DNA of 64,000 nucleotides. It comes from Gammaproteobacteria bacterium. Lineage in GTDB: Bacteria > Pseudomonadota > Gammaproteobacteria > CBDBNL01 > JAAOII01. Below the pieces are notes generated by a model. The model saw only the letters and a list, made by a program, of their open reading frames with translations, was not told the origin of the DNA and did no database searches. The number at the start of each line of letters is the position of its first letter. The first letter of the stretch is position 1. Below, piece after piece: positions 41,373-50,317 of the stretch. Location: contig OZ242372.1 in the NCBI GenBank assembly GCA_965209035.1, positions 1,920,001 through 1,984,000 on the forward strand, given 5' to 3'. A program made the position numbers and the translations under genes.

Positions 41373-43354
41373 AAGGGGGGCAATAAAATTTCTACTGTTG
41401 TAGATATTATTCTGATCGCAGTGTTGCCGCCGTGTCAAGGGGGGCAATAAAATTTCTACTGTTGTAGATATACGCGTGTTTCAATATGCCATTCGCGTCA
41501 AGGGGGGCAATAAAATTTCTACTGTTGTAGATTTGCGAACAAAGTTTGGTAGATGTGAGTCAAGGGGGGCAATAAAATTTCTACTGTTGTAGATTTGGGG
41601 TGTCCGTCCCCGAAAAGTGATGTCAAGGGGGGCAATAAAATTTCTACTGTTGTAGATTTATCTAAACTTTCTTTCTTTGTCATTGTCAAGGGGGGCAATA
41701 AAATTTCTACTGTTGTAGATATTTTCGTTCATTCCTTCGTTTATAAGTCAAGGGGGGCAATAAAATTTCTACTGTTGTAGATTCTAATCCGCCGAACAAG
41801 TTCACTGCGTCAAGGGGGGCAATAAAATTTCTACTGTTGTAGATCTATACACCGAACTCCGCCACAATTAAGTCAAGGGGGGCAATAAAATTTCTACTGT
41901 TGTAGATGCGTTGCTTATTATCCATTTTCTTTTTGTCAAGGGGGGCAATAAAATTTCTACTGTTGTAGATGCGTTGCTTATTATCCATTTTCTTTTTGTC
42001 AAGGGGGGCAATAAAATTTCTACTGTTGTAGATGCGTTGCTTATTATCCATTTTCTTTTTGTCAAGGGGGGCAATAAAATTTCTACTGTTGTAGATGCGT
42101 TGCTTATTATCCATTTTCTTTTTGTCAAGGGGGGCAATAAAATTTCTACTGTTGTAGATTTGAATTCTTTTATGAAGGATAGATTTGTCAAGGGGGGCAA
42201 TAAAATTTCTACTGTTGTAGATTAATTGTTTAAATTCAACAACTACTTGGTCAAGGGGGGCAATAAAATTTCTACTGTTGTAGATTTAATGAAGTCCGCG
42301 AAGTGTGTGAGTCAAGGGGGGCAATAAAATTTCTACTGTTGTAGATTAAGTTTAGTTCCATTCACATTATCCAGTCAAGGGGGGCAATAAAATTTCTACT
42401 GTTGTAGATAGTTGATTATCGGCTGCGAATTTCTCGTCAAGGGGGGCAATAAAATTTCTACTGTTGTAGATGTTCATATTTTCGTTTCGTTCATATGTCA
42501 AGGGGGGCAATAAAATTTCTACTGTTGTAGATGTTCATATTTTCGTTTCGTTCATATGTCAAGGGGGGCAATAAAATTTCTACTGTTGTAGATGTTCATA
42601 TTTTCGTTTCGTTCATATGTCAAGGGGGGCAATAAAATTTCTACTGTTGTAGATAATTGTTAGTTTTAATGTCATTTTTCTGTCAAGGGGGGCAATAAAA
42701 TTTCTACTGTTGTAGATACAAGTCCATTTTTGGACGGTTATTTAGTCAAGGGGGGCAATAAAATTTCTACTGTTGTAGATATGTATTGCGTTCATTCTTG
42801 GGGTATGTCAAGGGGGGCAATAAAATTTCTACTGTTGTAGATGGTGTTCTGCGGGTTTTCGCTCTGCGTGTCAAGGGGGGCAATAAAATTTCTACTGTTG
42901 TAGATCGCTCCGTGAAGTCCAGACACAGCGGCGTCAAGGGGGCAATAAAATTTCTACTGTTGTAGATGTATAATACCCGGAAAGTATGCTAATGTCAAGG
43001 GGGGCAATAAAATTTCTACTGTTGTAGATAATAAACTTTATAATACGGTAATTCCGTCAAGGGGGGCAATAAAATTTCTACTATCGTAGATTCGCTCATC
43101 GTTTTTGTTCCTGCTTCGTCAAAGGGGGATGTAAAATTTCTACTATCGTAGATATATAATAAATGTATTAACACCGCTTTGTCAAAGGGGGATGTAAAAT
43201 TTCTACTGTTGTAGATTCGTGTTTGGCGATCACCGCACACTGGTCAAGGGGGGCAATAAAATTTCTACTGTTGTAGATATAATTGTTGTGTGAGTGCCGA
43301 AACAGTTATTAAAGGAGGTTATAAAATTTCTACTATGGTAGATATCGATCTGCT

Positions 43355-43436
43355 CCCGTCCGACAAAACTTCCGGCTCTTTGATTTGAGAACACACAATA
43401 CCAAACCAGAGTCCACAACCTTTCTGATATTATTTA
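43355..43436. mobile_element. Decayed copy of the IS end (homologous to 41290-41372)
   Basis: cccgtccgacaaaacttccggctctttgatttgagaacacacaataccaaaccagagtccacaacctttctgatatta aligns colinearly with the IS terminus. Confidence 0.8.
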
Positions 43437-43765
43437 CCTGACTGAAAAAAGAGGCGGGTAAGGTGCGAGGATCGTGAAGAGTAACGTGCTGGATTATAAT
43501 CTGGCACTCAAAAAAGGGGGAAGTCAAATGCAGGGTTAAGCAATTTTCAACCCCCGCATTTATTATAACCTGAACGGAAAAGTGTGGGGGTTAAAAAGAA
43601 TAACGCAAATGATATTGGAATAAATAACTTTGAATTGATATGATCCCACTCGCGGAAAGCATAAAAATCGGACACTTCCGGAATGTGTGACCCGCCTGCA
43701 ATTCGCTGTCCTATCCCGCCCGACTGGGTATCTGTGATTAAGTTTGGTGTATCATTTTATCTGTT

Positions 43766-43832
43766 GTCCAAGCGGGCAAATTAAATTTCTACTGTTGTAG
43801 ATATGATTATAAATTCAAAGGGGGCTGTAAAA
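43766..43832 (+). CRISPR. Orphan degenerate repeat with an intact Cas12a handle, then 12 nt and a partial second repeat
   Basis: gtccaagcgggcaaattAAATTTCTACTGTTGTAGAT + atgattataaat + tcaaagggggctgtaaaa. Confidence 0.75.
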
Positions 43833-43938
43833 CCCCTATCATAACAGGCACTCTCAACCTCCTCTCTCCTTCTTACCCTCTCCCTTCCTCGCCGTAGGTA
43901 CATTACCGGAATACTTACAAAGATCAACCTCAACCTCC

Positions 43939-44778
43939 TTACTCCCCTCCCCCAATAAACTCGCTCGCCACCCGGATGGCATCCAGGTTGGGGGCGACAT
44001 CATGCACCCTCAGCATCCATGCCCCTTGGCGGACGGCGAGGGCGGATGCGGCGATTGTGGCGGCCAGTCGTTCGTCGGTTGCTCTGCCGGTGATTTTACC
44101 CAAAAAGGATTTGCGGGACAGACCCACAAGCAGGGGGACACCCAATTCTTTGAACTGCGGCAGCTGTGTCATCAGGGCTTGGTTGTGTGCGTAGGTTTTG
44201 CCGAAGCCGAAGCCGGGGTCTGCCAGGATCTGTTGAATGCCGGCTTCTCGGCAGGCGGTGATGCGTTGGCGCAGAAAGTCGGCAATTTCCCGCACAGGGT
44301 TTTGGTAGTGCGGGTTTTCCTGCATGGTCGGGGGTTCGCCCCGCATGTGCATCAGGCATACGGCCATCTTGTGTCTTGCCGCTGTTTCTATTGCGCCGGT
44401 GCGTCTCAGGGCGCGGATATCATTAATCATCACCGCACCGGCACGGGCGGCCAGGTCCATCAGTCGGGGGTTGCTTGTGTCCACGGACAGGGGGATGTCC
44501 AGTTCGGTGCGGATAGTTTCCACCGCGCCGATGACCCTGTCAATTTCTTCCTGCGGGCTTGGCGGTGTGGATCCCGGTCTGGTGGATTCGCCGCCCAGGT
44601 CCAGCACACCGGCGCCTTCTTTGTGCATTTGCGCCGCAAGTTTTAGGATGTCCTTGCCGGCCGGCCCCGGGCGACTGCCGGCGTAAAACGAATCCGGCGT
44701 CAGATTGATGACGCCCATGATCTGCGGATGTTTTAGGGAGAGTTTGTATTTCCCTAATGAGAATTCTTCCTCTTGCAT
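43939..44778 (-). CDS. folP: Dihydropteroate synthase
   Basis: MGVINLTPDSF, GGESTRPG, DPGFGFGK, GLSRKS, RVHDV. Confidence 0.97.
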   Translation of the reverse strand: MQEEEFSLGKYKLSLKHPQIMGVINLTPDSFYAGSRPGPAGKDILKLAAQMHKEGAGVLDLGGESTRPGSTPPSPQEEIDRVIGAVETIRTELDIPLSVDTSNPRLMDLAARAGAVMINDIRALRRTGAIETAARHKMAVCLMHMRGEPPTMQENPHYQNPVREIADFLRQRITACREAGIQQILADPGFGFGKTYAHNQALMTQLPQFKELGVPLLVGLSRKSFLGKITGRATDERLAATIAASALAVRQGAWMLRVHDVAPNLDAIRVASEFIGGGE

Positions 44779-44900
44779 GTTTTGCGATAAGAAAGAATCT
44801 ATGTCGGCTGTCCGCCTATGCGGCCGTGCGGCGGCTGTCCGTTGCGGCGGGTGCCTTGATGCGTTTTGTGATGCATAACAATTATTTTGAATAGGCGGGA

Positions 44901-44960
44901 GATGAAATGAGGAATAAGGAATGAGGAGTGATAAATGAGGAGTGATAAATGAGAAATAAT
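44901..44960. repeat. Short purine-rich tandem repeats (7/14-bp period, AAATGAGGAGTGAT)
   Basis: gatgaaatgaggaataaggaatgaggagtgataaatgaggagtgataaatgagaaataat. Confidence 0.65.
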
Positions 44961-45067
44961 GTCGGCAGAAGTCTTGCGAGTGGAGGCGATATGTTAACGG
45001 TTTGGGGGCAATGCGCGAATGCGGTTTTTAGGACAGAATATATGTTTGCGGCCTGCCTGTCAAAACT

Positions 45068-46336
45068 TTAACCGGCGGCGCGCAGGAAGACTTGCTTGAT
45101 GTCGGCGGCGGGAAGCGGTTCGGCGACGTAGGCCTCGCCAATATGGCGGAGGAGGATCAGCCGAATGCGGGCGTCGCAGTTCTTTTTGTCGCGCAGCATG
45201 AATTTAATGAGCGTGTCGACATTTGCCCCTTCGGGCAGATCGGTTGGCAGTCCCGCCTGGGTTAGTAATGCGCGAATACGCCGTTCTTCTGCGCTTGTCA
45301 GGTGTCCAATACTGCGGGAGACACTCGCCGCCAAACAGATGCCGATGCTCACTGCTTGCCCGTGGCGGATGCCGGTGTATTCGGCGGCCGCTTCCAGTGC
45401 GTGTCCGAAGGTGTGACCCAGATTGAGGAGCATCCGCTTGGGTTGGCTTTGCATGCGTTCGCGTTCGTCCGCGGAGACGATAGTCGCTTTGACAGAGCAG
45501 GACCTGTGCAGAATTTCGGCAAGCATGTTCTCATCCGGCAAGGCGGGGACTTTAATAGCCGCGGCCGCGTCCCCGTCCGCGGTCGTCTCAGACGGAGAGA
45601 CACCGGTTGCACTCGACCGTGATCTCTCCGGCAAGGAGGAATCTTCGACGGAAGATGTCCCATTCGAGGCCGCGCCCCCGTCCGCCGCGGTACCCACACT
45701 TGCACCCGGCAGATGCGTTTCCAGAAAGGCGAATAGTTCTTTGTCGGCGATCAGGGCGTGCTTGATGATTTCCGCGTAGCCGCCGGCGATTTCCGGGCGG
45801 GGCAGAGTGCCGAGCAGGGAAGTGGCAATTAAAACGCATTCGGGATGGTGAAAGCAGCCAACCAGATTTTTACCTTCCGGCAGGTTAATCCCCGTCTTGC
45901 CACCGAGGGCGGCGTCCGTTTGGGCGAGCAGACTGGTGGGGACGGACACATAGCGGATACCGCGCATGTAGCAGACGGCAACAAAGCCGACCAGGTCGGT
46001 GATGACACCGCCGCCGTATGCGATTAGCCGCGAGGAGCGGTTGAGTCCCTTTTGGGAGAGTTGTCGCCACAGGGAATGCGCCGTGTCAATCCGCTTGGCG
46101 GACTCGCCGTCCGGCACCGTCAAAACATCCGCTTCGGCGGCGAATGTCGTTTGCAGAAGCCGTATTTCTTGCCGGTGTATTTGGGCGAGGGTTGCGTTGG
46201 TGACGATGAGTGTCTTAACTCCGGTGTCGGCGGGTTCCCGCAAGTGATCCGGCAGCGAGTCAAGGGCGTCTTTTAATGTGGGGGCGATGTGGATCGGGCA
46301 AGTGCCGAGAAGGTGTTTAATGTTGATCTTATGCAT
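45068..46336 (-). CDS. aroB: 3-dehydroquinate synthase with a ~50-aa low-complexity insertion
   Basis: GGGVITD, PTSLLAQTDAALGGKTG, AEIIKH, LNLGHTFGHALE, HGQAV, DKK. Confidence 0.94.
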   Translation of the reverse strand: MHKINIKHLLGTCPIHIAPTLKDALDSLPDHLREPADTGVKTLIVTNATLAQIHRQEIRLLQTTFAAEADVLTVPDGESAKRIDTAHSLWRQLSQKGLNRSSRLIAYGGGVITDLVGFVAVCYMRGIRYVSVPTSLLAQTDAALGGKTGINLPEGKNLVGCFHHPECVLIATSLLGTLPRPEIAGGYAEIIKHALIADKELFAFLETHLPGASVGTAADGGAASNGTSSVEDSSLPERSRSSATGVSPSETTADGDAAAAIKVPALPDENMLAEILHRSCSVKATIVSADERERMQSQPKRMLLNLGHTFGHALEAAAEYTGIRHGQAVSIGICLAASVSRSIGHLTSAEERRIRALLTQAGLPTDLPEGANVDTLIKFMLRDKKNCDARIRLILLRHIGEAYVAEPLPAADIKQVFLRAAG

Positions 46337-46365
46337 AACGGCGAGTTCTCTTATATTTTACCGAA

Positions 46366-47313
46366 ATGCGCTCTTGCGATAGGTTAACTAATAGGCATAA
46401 AATAACAGAAATGTGGATGAACTGCTTTCGCGAACAGGTATGTTATAGTCGGCGACTGATCGGCATGGGGCTTCTTGGCTTGGTGTTGCAGGGGTTTTTG
46501 ATCGGCTCGGCTTGGGGGCGGGAAACCGCGGAGCGCAATCCGGATCCCTATGAGGCGAGCAATCGGCGGGTGGAAGTGTTTAATGATTTTTTGGACAGGA
46601 CACTTTTGCTGCCCGGTGCCAAGGCCTACAACTTTGTGACGCCGGGTTTTGCCCAAACGGGGACGCGTAATTTTTTGAATAACCTGGGCGAGCCCTATAC
46701 GATGTTTAACAATGTCCTTCAGTTGAAACTGGTGGATGCTTATAAGAATGTGGCGCGTTTTGGCATTAATTCTGTACTGGGTCTTTTCGGCTTGGTGGAT
46801 GTTGCCGCCTACATTGGGCTGGAACGCCGGTCGGAGGATTTTGGGCAAACGCTGGGAACATGGGGTGTGGGACCGGGGCGCTACTTGGTGATTCCGTTTT
46901 TGGGACCCAGCACCGAACGCGACATTGTTCCCCGCATCGGCGAGTTCTTTTATTCGCCGAACACCCGGTATCTCACTTTTACCTTGGAGCAGAGTATCGC
47001 GCTGACCACTGTGAATATTTTGGACACTCGTAACAGGCTGCGCTCTTTGGAGGCGATCATTGTCGGCGACAGGTACACCTTTATTCGGGATGCCTATTTG
47101 CAAAATCGCCGCTATCAGGTGTTTGATGGTCAGTTACCAACGGATGACATCTGGTTGTATCGGGAGGAGAGCGATGACGAACTAGATGCGCTGGACGAGT
47201 TGGATGAATTGGATGCATTGGACGAATTGGATGCGTTGGACGAATTGGATATCCCGGATCAACCGGAGGACACCCCGGAACCGGCAGACGAGGGGGAGGA
47301 ATTGACTCCTTAA
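46366..47313 (+). CDS. mlaA: MlaA/VacJ family protein with an acidic repetitive tail (true start probably further downstream)
   Basis: DPYEASNR, EDFGQTLGTWGVGPGRYLVIPFLGPSTERD, RDAYLQNR; (ELD/ALD)n tail. Confidence 0.9.
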   Translation: MRSCDRLTNRHKITEMWMNCFREQVCYSRRLIGMGLLGLVLQGFLIGSAWGRETAERNPDPYEASNRRVEVFNDFLDRTLLLPGAKAYNFVTPGFAQTGTRNFLNNLGEPYTMFNNVLQLKLVDAYKNVARFGINSVLGLFGLVDVAAYIGLERRSEDFGQTLGTWGVGPGRYLVIPFLGPSTERDIVPRIGEFFYSPNTRYLTFTLEQSIALTTVNILDTRNRLRSLEAIIVGDRYTFIRDAYLQNRRYQVFDGQLPTDDIWLYREESDDELDALDELDELDALDELDALDELDIPDQPEDTPEPADEGEELTP

Positions 47314-47631
47314 CTTCGTGATTACAAATGCCGCCGCGGGCAAGGATCCGATGCGGCAATTCGACACGGCAAGCATCAACATTTTTCCTGTTTGACGAAC
47401 TCTTTGCGGGCGACGGCAATTCGCATGGCAATTCGATGCGGCAAGGGGACCCGCCCGCCGGGTATTACCGGCAGATCCCGGGCAAGGGCAAATGCAAGCA
47501 CAAGTGTTTGGTTGCGAGCTCACCGGTTTTGAGAAGGCGGGGGCAGTGGCGGCTTCCTATAATGTCTTTAATGATATCCAAACATTTAATGGTAATCGCT
47601 AATATTTAACCTATGAAAGGAGGATCAACAA

Positions 47632-48975
47632 ATGAATAAAAAGTATTTTGGAACGGACGGTATCAGGGGCAAGGTGGGAAATGATCGCATTAATCCGCAA
47701 TTTTTCTTAAAGTTAGGCTGGGCGATTGGCCGTGTGTTCAAAAAAGAGGACCGGCATGCCAGAGTGGTCATCGGCAAGGATACGCGCATTTCCGGCTATA
47801 TGTTTGAGTCGGTGCTGCAGGCGGGGCTGGCGGCGGCGGGCACGGACATCATTTTGTTGGGGCCTATGCCAACCCCGGCAATCGCCTACTTAACCAGAAC
47901 TTTCAATGCGGATGTGGGCGTGGTGATTAGCGCTTCGCATAATTCGTATCTGGATAACGGGATTAAGTTTTTCTCCGAAGCTGGCACCAAACTGGACGAT
48001 GAGTTGGAGGTGCGCATAGAAGAGCAGTTGGATCAAGAAATGGATCTGGTGGAGGCGTCGGATCTGGGAAAGGCGGCGCGCGTGATGGATGTGCGCGGAC
48101 GATATATTGAATTCTGCAAAAGCACCGTGGCACGCGATACGGACATCAGTGATTTTAATTTGGTGTTGGATTGTGCCAACGGCGCCACCTATAGCATCGC
48201 CCCCAAAGTCTTTTCCGAATTAGGCACTAAAATCAAAGTGATTAACGCCACACCGGACGGGATTAATATCAACTATCGGGGGGGTAGCACAGACCCGGCT
48301 ATTTTGTGCGAGGAAACTGTCAAACAGAAGGCGGATATGGGGATTGCGTTTGACGGCGACGGCGACAGGGTGATTCTTTGCGATAGGCACGGGAAGATTG
48401 TGGACGGAGATGTGATTCTTTATATTCTGGCAAAATATATGAAAGCGAGGGGGCTGTTGCGGGGAGATGTTGTGGGGACTGTGATGTCCAATTCCGGTAT
48501 GGAGAGGTCCTTGCAAAAACTCGGTGTGAAACTGCGGCGGGTTGCGGTTGGCGACCGCCATATTATTGCCGAACTTCTTGAAAAAAATGCGGGTAACCTC
48601 GGCGGTGAGTCATCCGGGCATATCGTGTTCACCGGGTACACGACCACAGGCGACGGCATCATTGCGGCCCTGCAGGTTTTGGCTGCGCTCAAGTATTGCA
48701 AAGTTTCTTTGTCGGCGATGATTGCGGAGGCAAACTTGATTCCGGCCGTCCATGCAAATATTCGGGTGAAGAATCCGCATCTTGTGGCGGAGTCTGCCGG
48801 TATTAAGAAAGTTCGAACCGAGATGGAAAGTCGTATGAACGGAGAATGCAGAATCATTGTGCGGGCTTCCGGCACCGAGCCGTTGCTGCGCATGACGGTG
48901 GAAACCGAAGACGCGACCTTGCGGCGGGATGCGATGGCTGCTTTGAAGGCGGCGGCGGAGCGGGCAAATGGCTGA
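47632..48975 (+). CDS. glmM: Phosphoglucosamine mutase
   Basis: YFGTDGIRG, GKDTRISGY, SASHN, DGDGDR, GGESSGH, RASGTEP. Confidence 0.96.
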   Translation: MNKKYFGTDGIRGKVGNDRINPQFFLKLGWAIGRVFKKEDRHARVVIGKDTRISGYMFESVLQAGLAAAGTDIILLGPMPTPAIAYLTRTFNADVGVVISASHNSYLDNGIKFFSEAGTKLDDELEVRIEEQLDQEMDLVEASDLGKAARVMDVRGRYIEFCKSTVARDTDISDFNLVLDCANGATYSIAPKVFSELGTKIKVINATPDGININYRGGSTDPAILCEETVKQKADMGIAFDGDGDRVILCDRHGKIVDGDVILYILAKYMKARGLLRGDVVGTVMSNSGMERSLQKLGVKLRRVAVGDRHIIAELLEKNAGNLGGESSGHIVFTGYTTTGDGIIAALQVLAALKYCKVSLSAMIAEANLIPAVHANIRVKNPHLVAESAGIKKVRTEMESRMNGECRIIVRASGTEPLLRMTVETEDATLRRDAMAALKAAAERANG

Positions 48976-50317
48976 TCCCAATACAAAAGAAGTGCGCCGG
49001 GATATTCTTAAGATCCTTAATAGTGGCTCTTTTGATGAGATACGGCACATTTTGAACGAGGAGATTCATCCGGTGGATGTGGCGCGGTTGCTTGAGGCAT
49101 CCCCGCCGGACGAACGCAGTATTCTTTGGAGTTTGATTGATCCCAAAAGCAGCGGTCAGGTCCTGCAAGATATGGACGACGATGTGCGCGAGGATATTTT
49201 GCATTCGCTGGCACCCGAAGAGATTGCCGAGACGATTGAAGAACTCAGCGATGACGACATCACCGATATTCTGCAGCAATTACCGGAGCGCATCATTCGC
49301 GAGGTGATGCGGCAAATGGAAACGGGAGACAGACGGCGCATTAAGAAACTTCTCGATTATCCCGAAGGGACGGCGGGGGCATTGATGACAACCGAAGTTC
49401 TTACGGTGCGACCCAATATCACGCTGGAAGTGGCGATGCGTTATGTGCGCCGTTCCGAACAACCGATTAAGACCGGTTCGGGGAAACTGGCGGTGACCGA
49501 CATGAATAGTAAGTTGTTGGGAATGCTGCCGTTGAGTGTGTTGGTGCAGAATTTGCCGTCCAAACGGGTTACCGAGGTAATGGATAAGGAGCCGGTGACT
49601 CTGCACCCAACGGACAGTGACGAAAAGGTGATTAGTGTTTTTGAGCGTTATAACATGGTCTCGGTTCCCGTGACAGACCGCCGAAAGAAGTTTTTGGGAT
49701 TAATTACGGTGGACGATGTGTTGGATACGGTATTGCGGCGCAGCGGTAAGATTGTTTTGGGCGGTGCCGGTGCGGCGGAAGAGGATACTTTTGCGCCGAT
49801 TAAAAAGGTGGGCGGCAGGCGTGCGCTTTGGTTGGGGCTGAACTTGGTGACCGTGTTTGCGGCTTCTTTTTTTATAGGGATCTTTGAAGGGACTCTGGAC
49901 GAGGTGGTTGCTCTGGCAATCTTGATGCCCGTGGTGGCGAATATGGGCGGTGTTGCCGGCTTACAGTCCATGACGATTATGGTGCGCGCTCAGGCTTTGG
50001 GGCGTGTCAATGCTTCCAACTTTTCTTGGTTATTTATGCGAGAGAGCGGTCTGGGGATGCTCAACGGCATTCTGTGGGCGTTTGTTGCCGGCCTCATCGC
50101 CCTGTGGTGGTTTGAGAATGTTCTCGTGGTGGTCGCGTTAGTGCTGGGGTTAATCATTAATATGTCAATGGGTTGTATTCTGGGTGTGACCATTCCTCTG
50201 GTATTGGCAAAAAGCAAGGTAGATCCCGCGGATGCCGGCGGCGTGTTTTTGACAACTCTGACGGATATCGTGGGGTTTACGGTCTTTTTGGGATTGGCGG
50301 CGCTTTTATATGTCTGA
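48968..50317 (+). CDS. mgtE: Magnesium transporter MgtE
   Basis: N-domain, CBS pair, MGGVAGLQS, TTLTDIVG. Confidence 0.95.
   Translation: MADPNTKEVRRDILKILNSGSFDEIRHILNEEIHPVDVARLLEASPPDERSILWSLIDPKSSGQVLQDMDDDVREDILHSLAPEEIAETIEELSDDDITDILQQLPERIIREVMRQMETGDRRRIKKLLDYPEGTAGALMTTEVLTVRPNITLEVAMRYVRRSEQPIKTGSGKLAVTDMNSKLLGMLPLSVLVQNLPSKRVTEVMDKEPVTLHPTDSDEKVISVFERYNMVSVPVTDRRKKFLGLITVDDVLDTVLRRSGKIVLGGAGAAEEDTFAPIKKVGGRRALWLGLNLVTVFAASFFIGIFEGTLDEVVALAILMPVVANMGGVAGLQSMTIMVRAQALGRVNASNFSWLFMRESGLGMLNGILWAFVAGLIALWWFENVLVVVALVLGLIINMSMGCILGVTIPLVLAKSKVDPADAGGVFLTTLTDIVGFTVFLGLAALLYV

Larger units (their letters stand above)
36423..43343 (+). CRISPR. Type V-A CRISPR array, 36-bp repeat GTCAAGGGGGGCAATAAAATTTCTACTGTTGTAGAT, about 90 repeats and 89 spacers (mostly 25-29 nt), interrupted by an IS
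   Basis: Regular repeat-spacer pattern; the 3' AATTTCTACTGTTGTAGAT is the canonical Cas12a crRNA handle; variant repeats occur from ~42933 to 43343; counts made by hand. Confidence 0.99.

Noticed and set aside
36459-43305. Self-targeting spacers within the window
   Set aside because: By eye I found only short (about 11 nt or less) matches; a computed genome-wide search is still needed
37070-43418. Short ORFs within the CRISPR array (e.g. MDNKQRIYNSRNF repeats)
   Set aside because: Translations of repeat-spacer units
47340-47500. Repeated GGCAATTCG / CGGCAAG motifs between mlaA and glmM
   Set aside because: Too short and irregular to support a defined element
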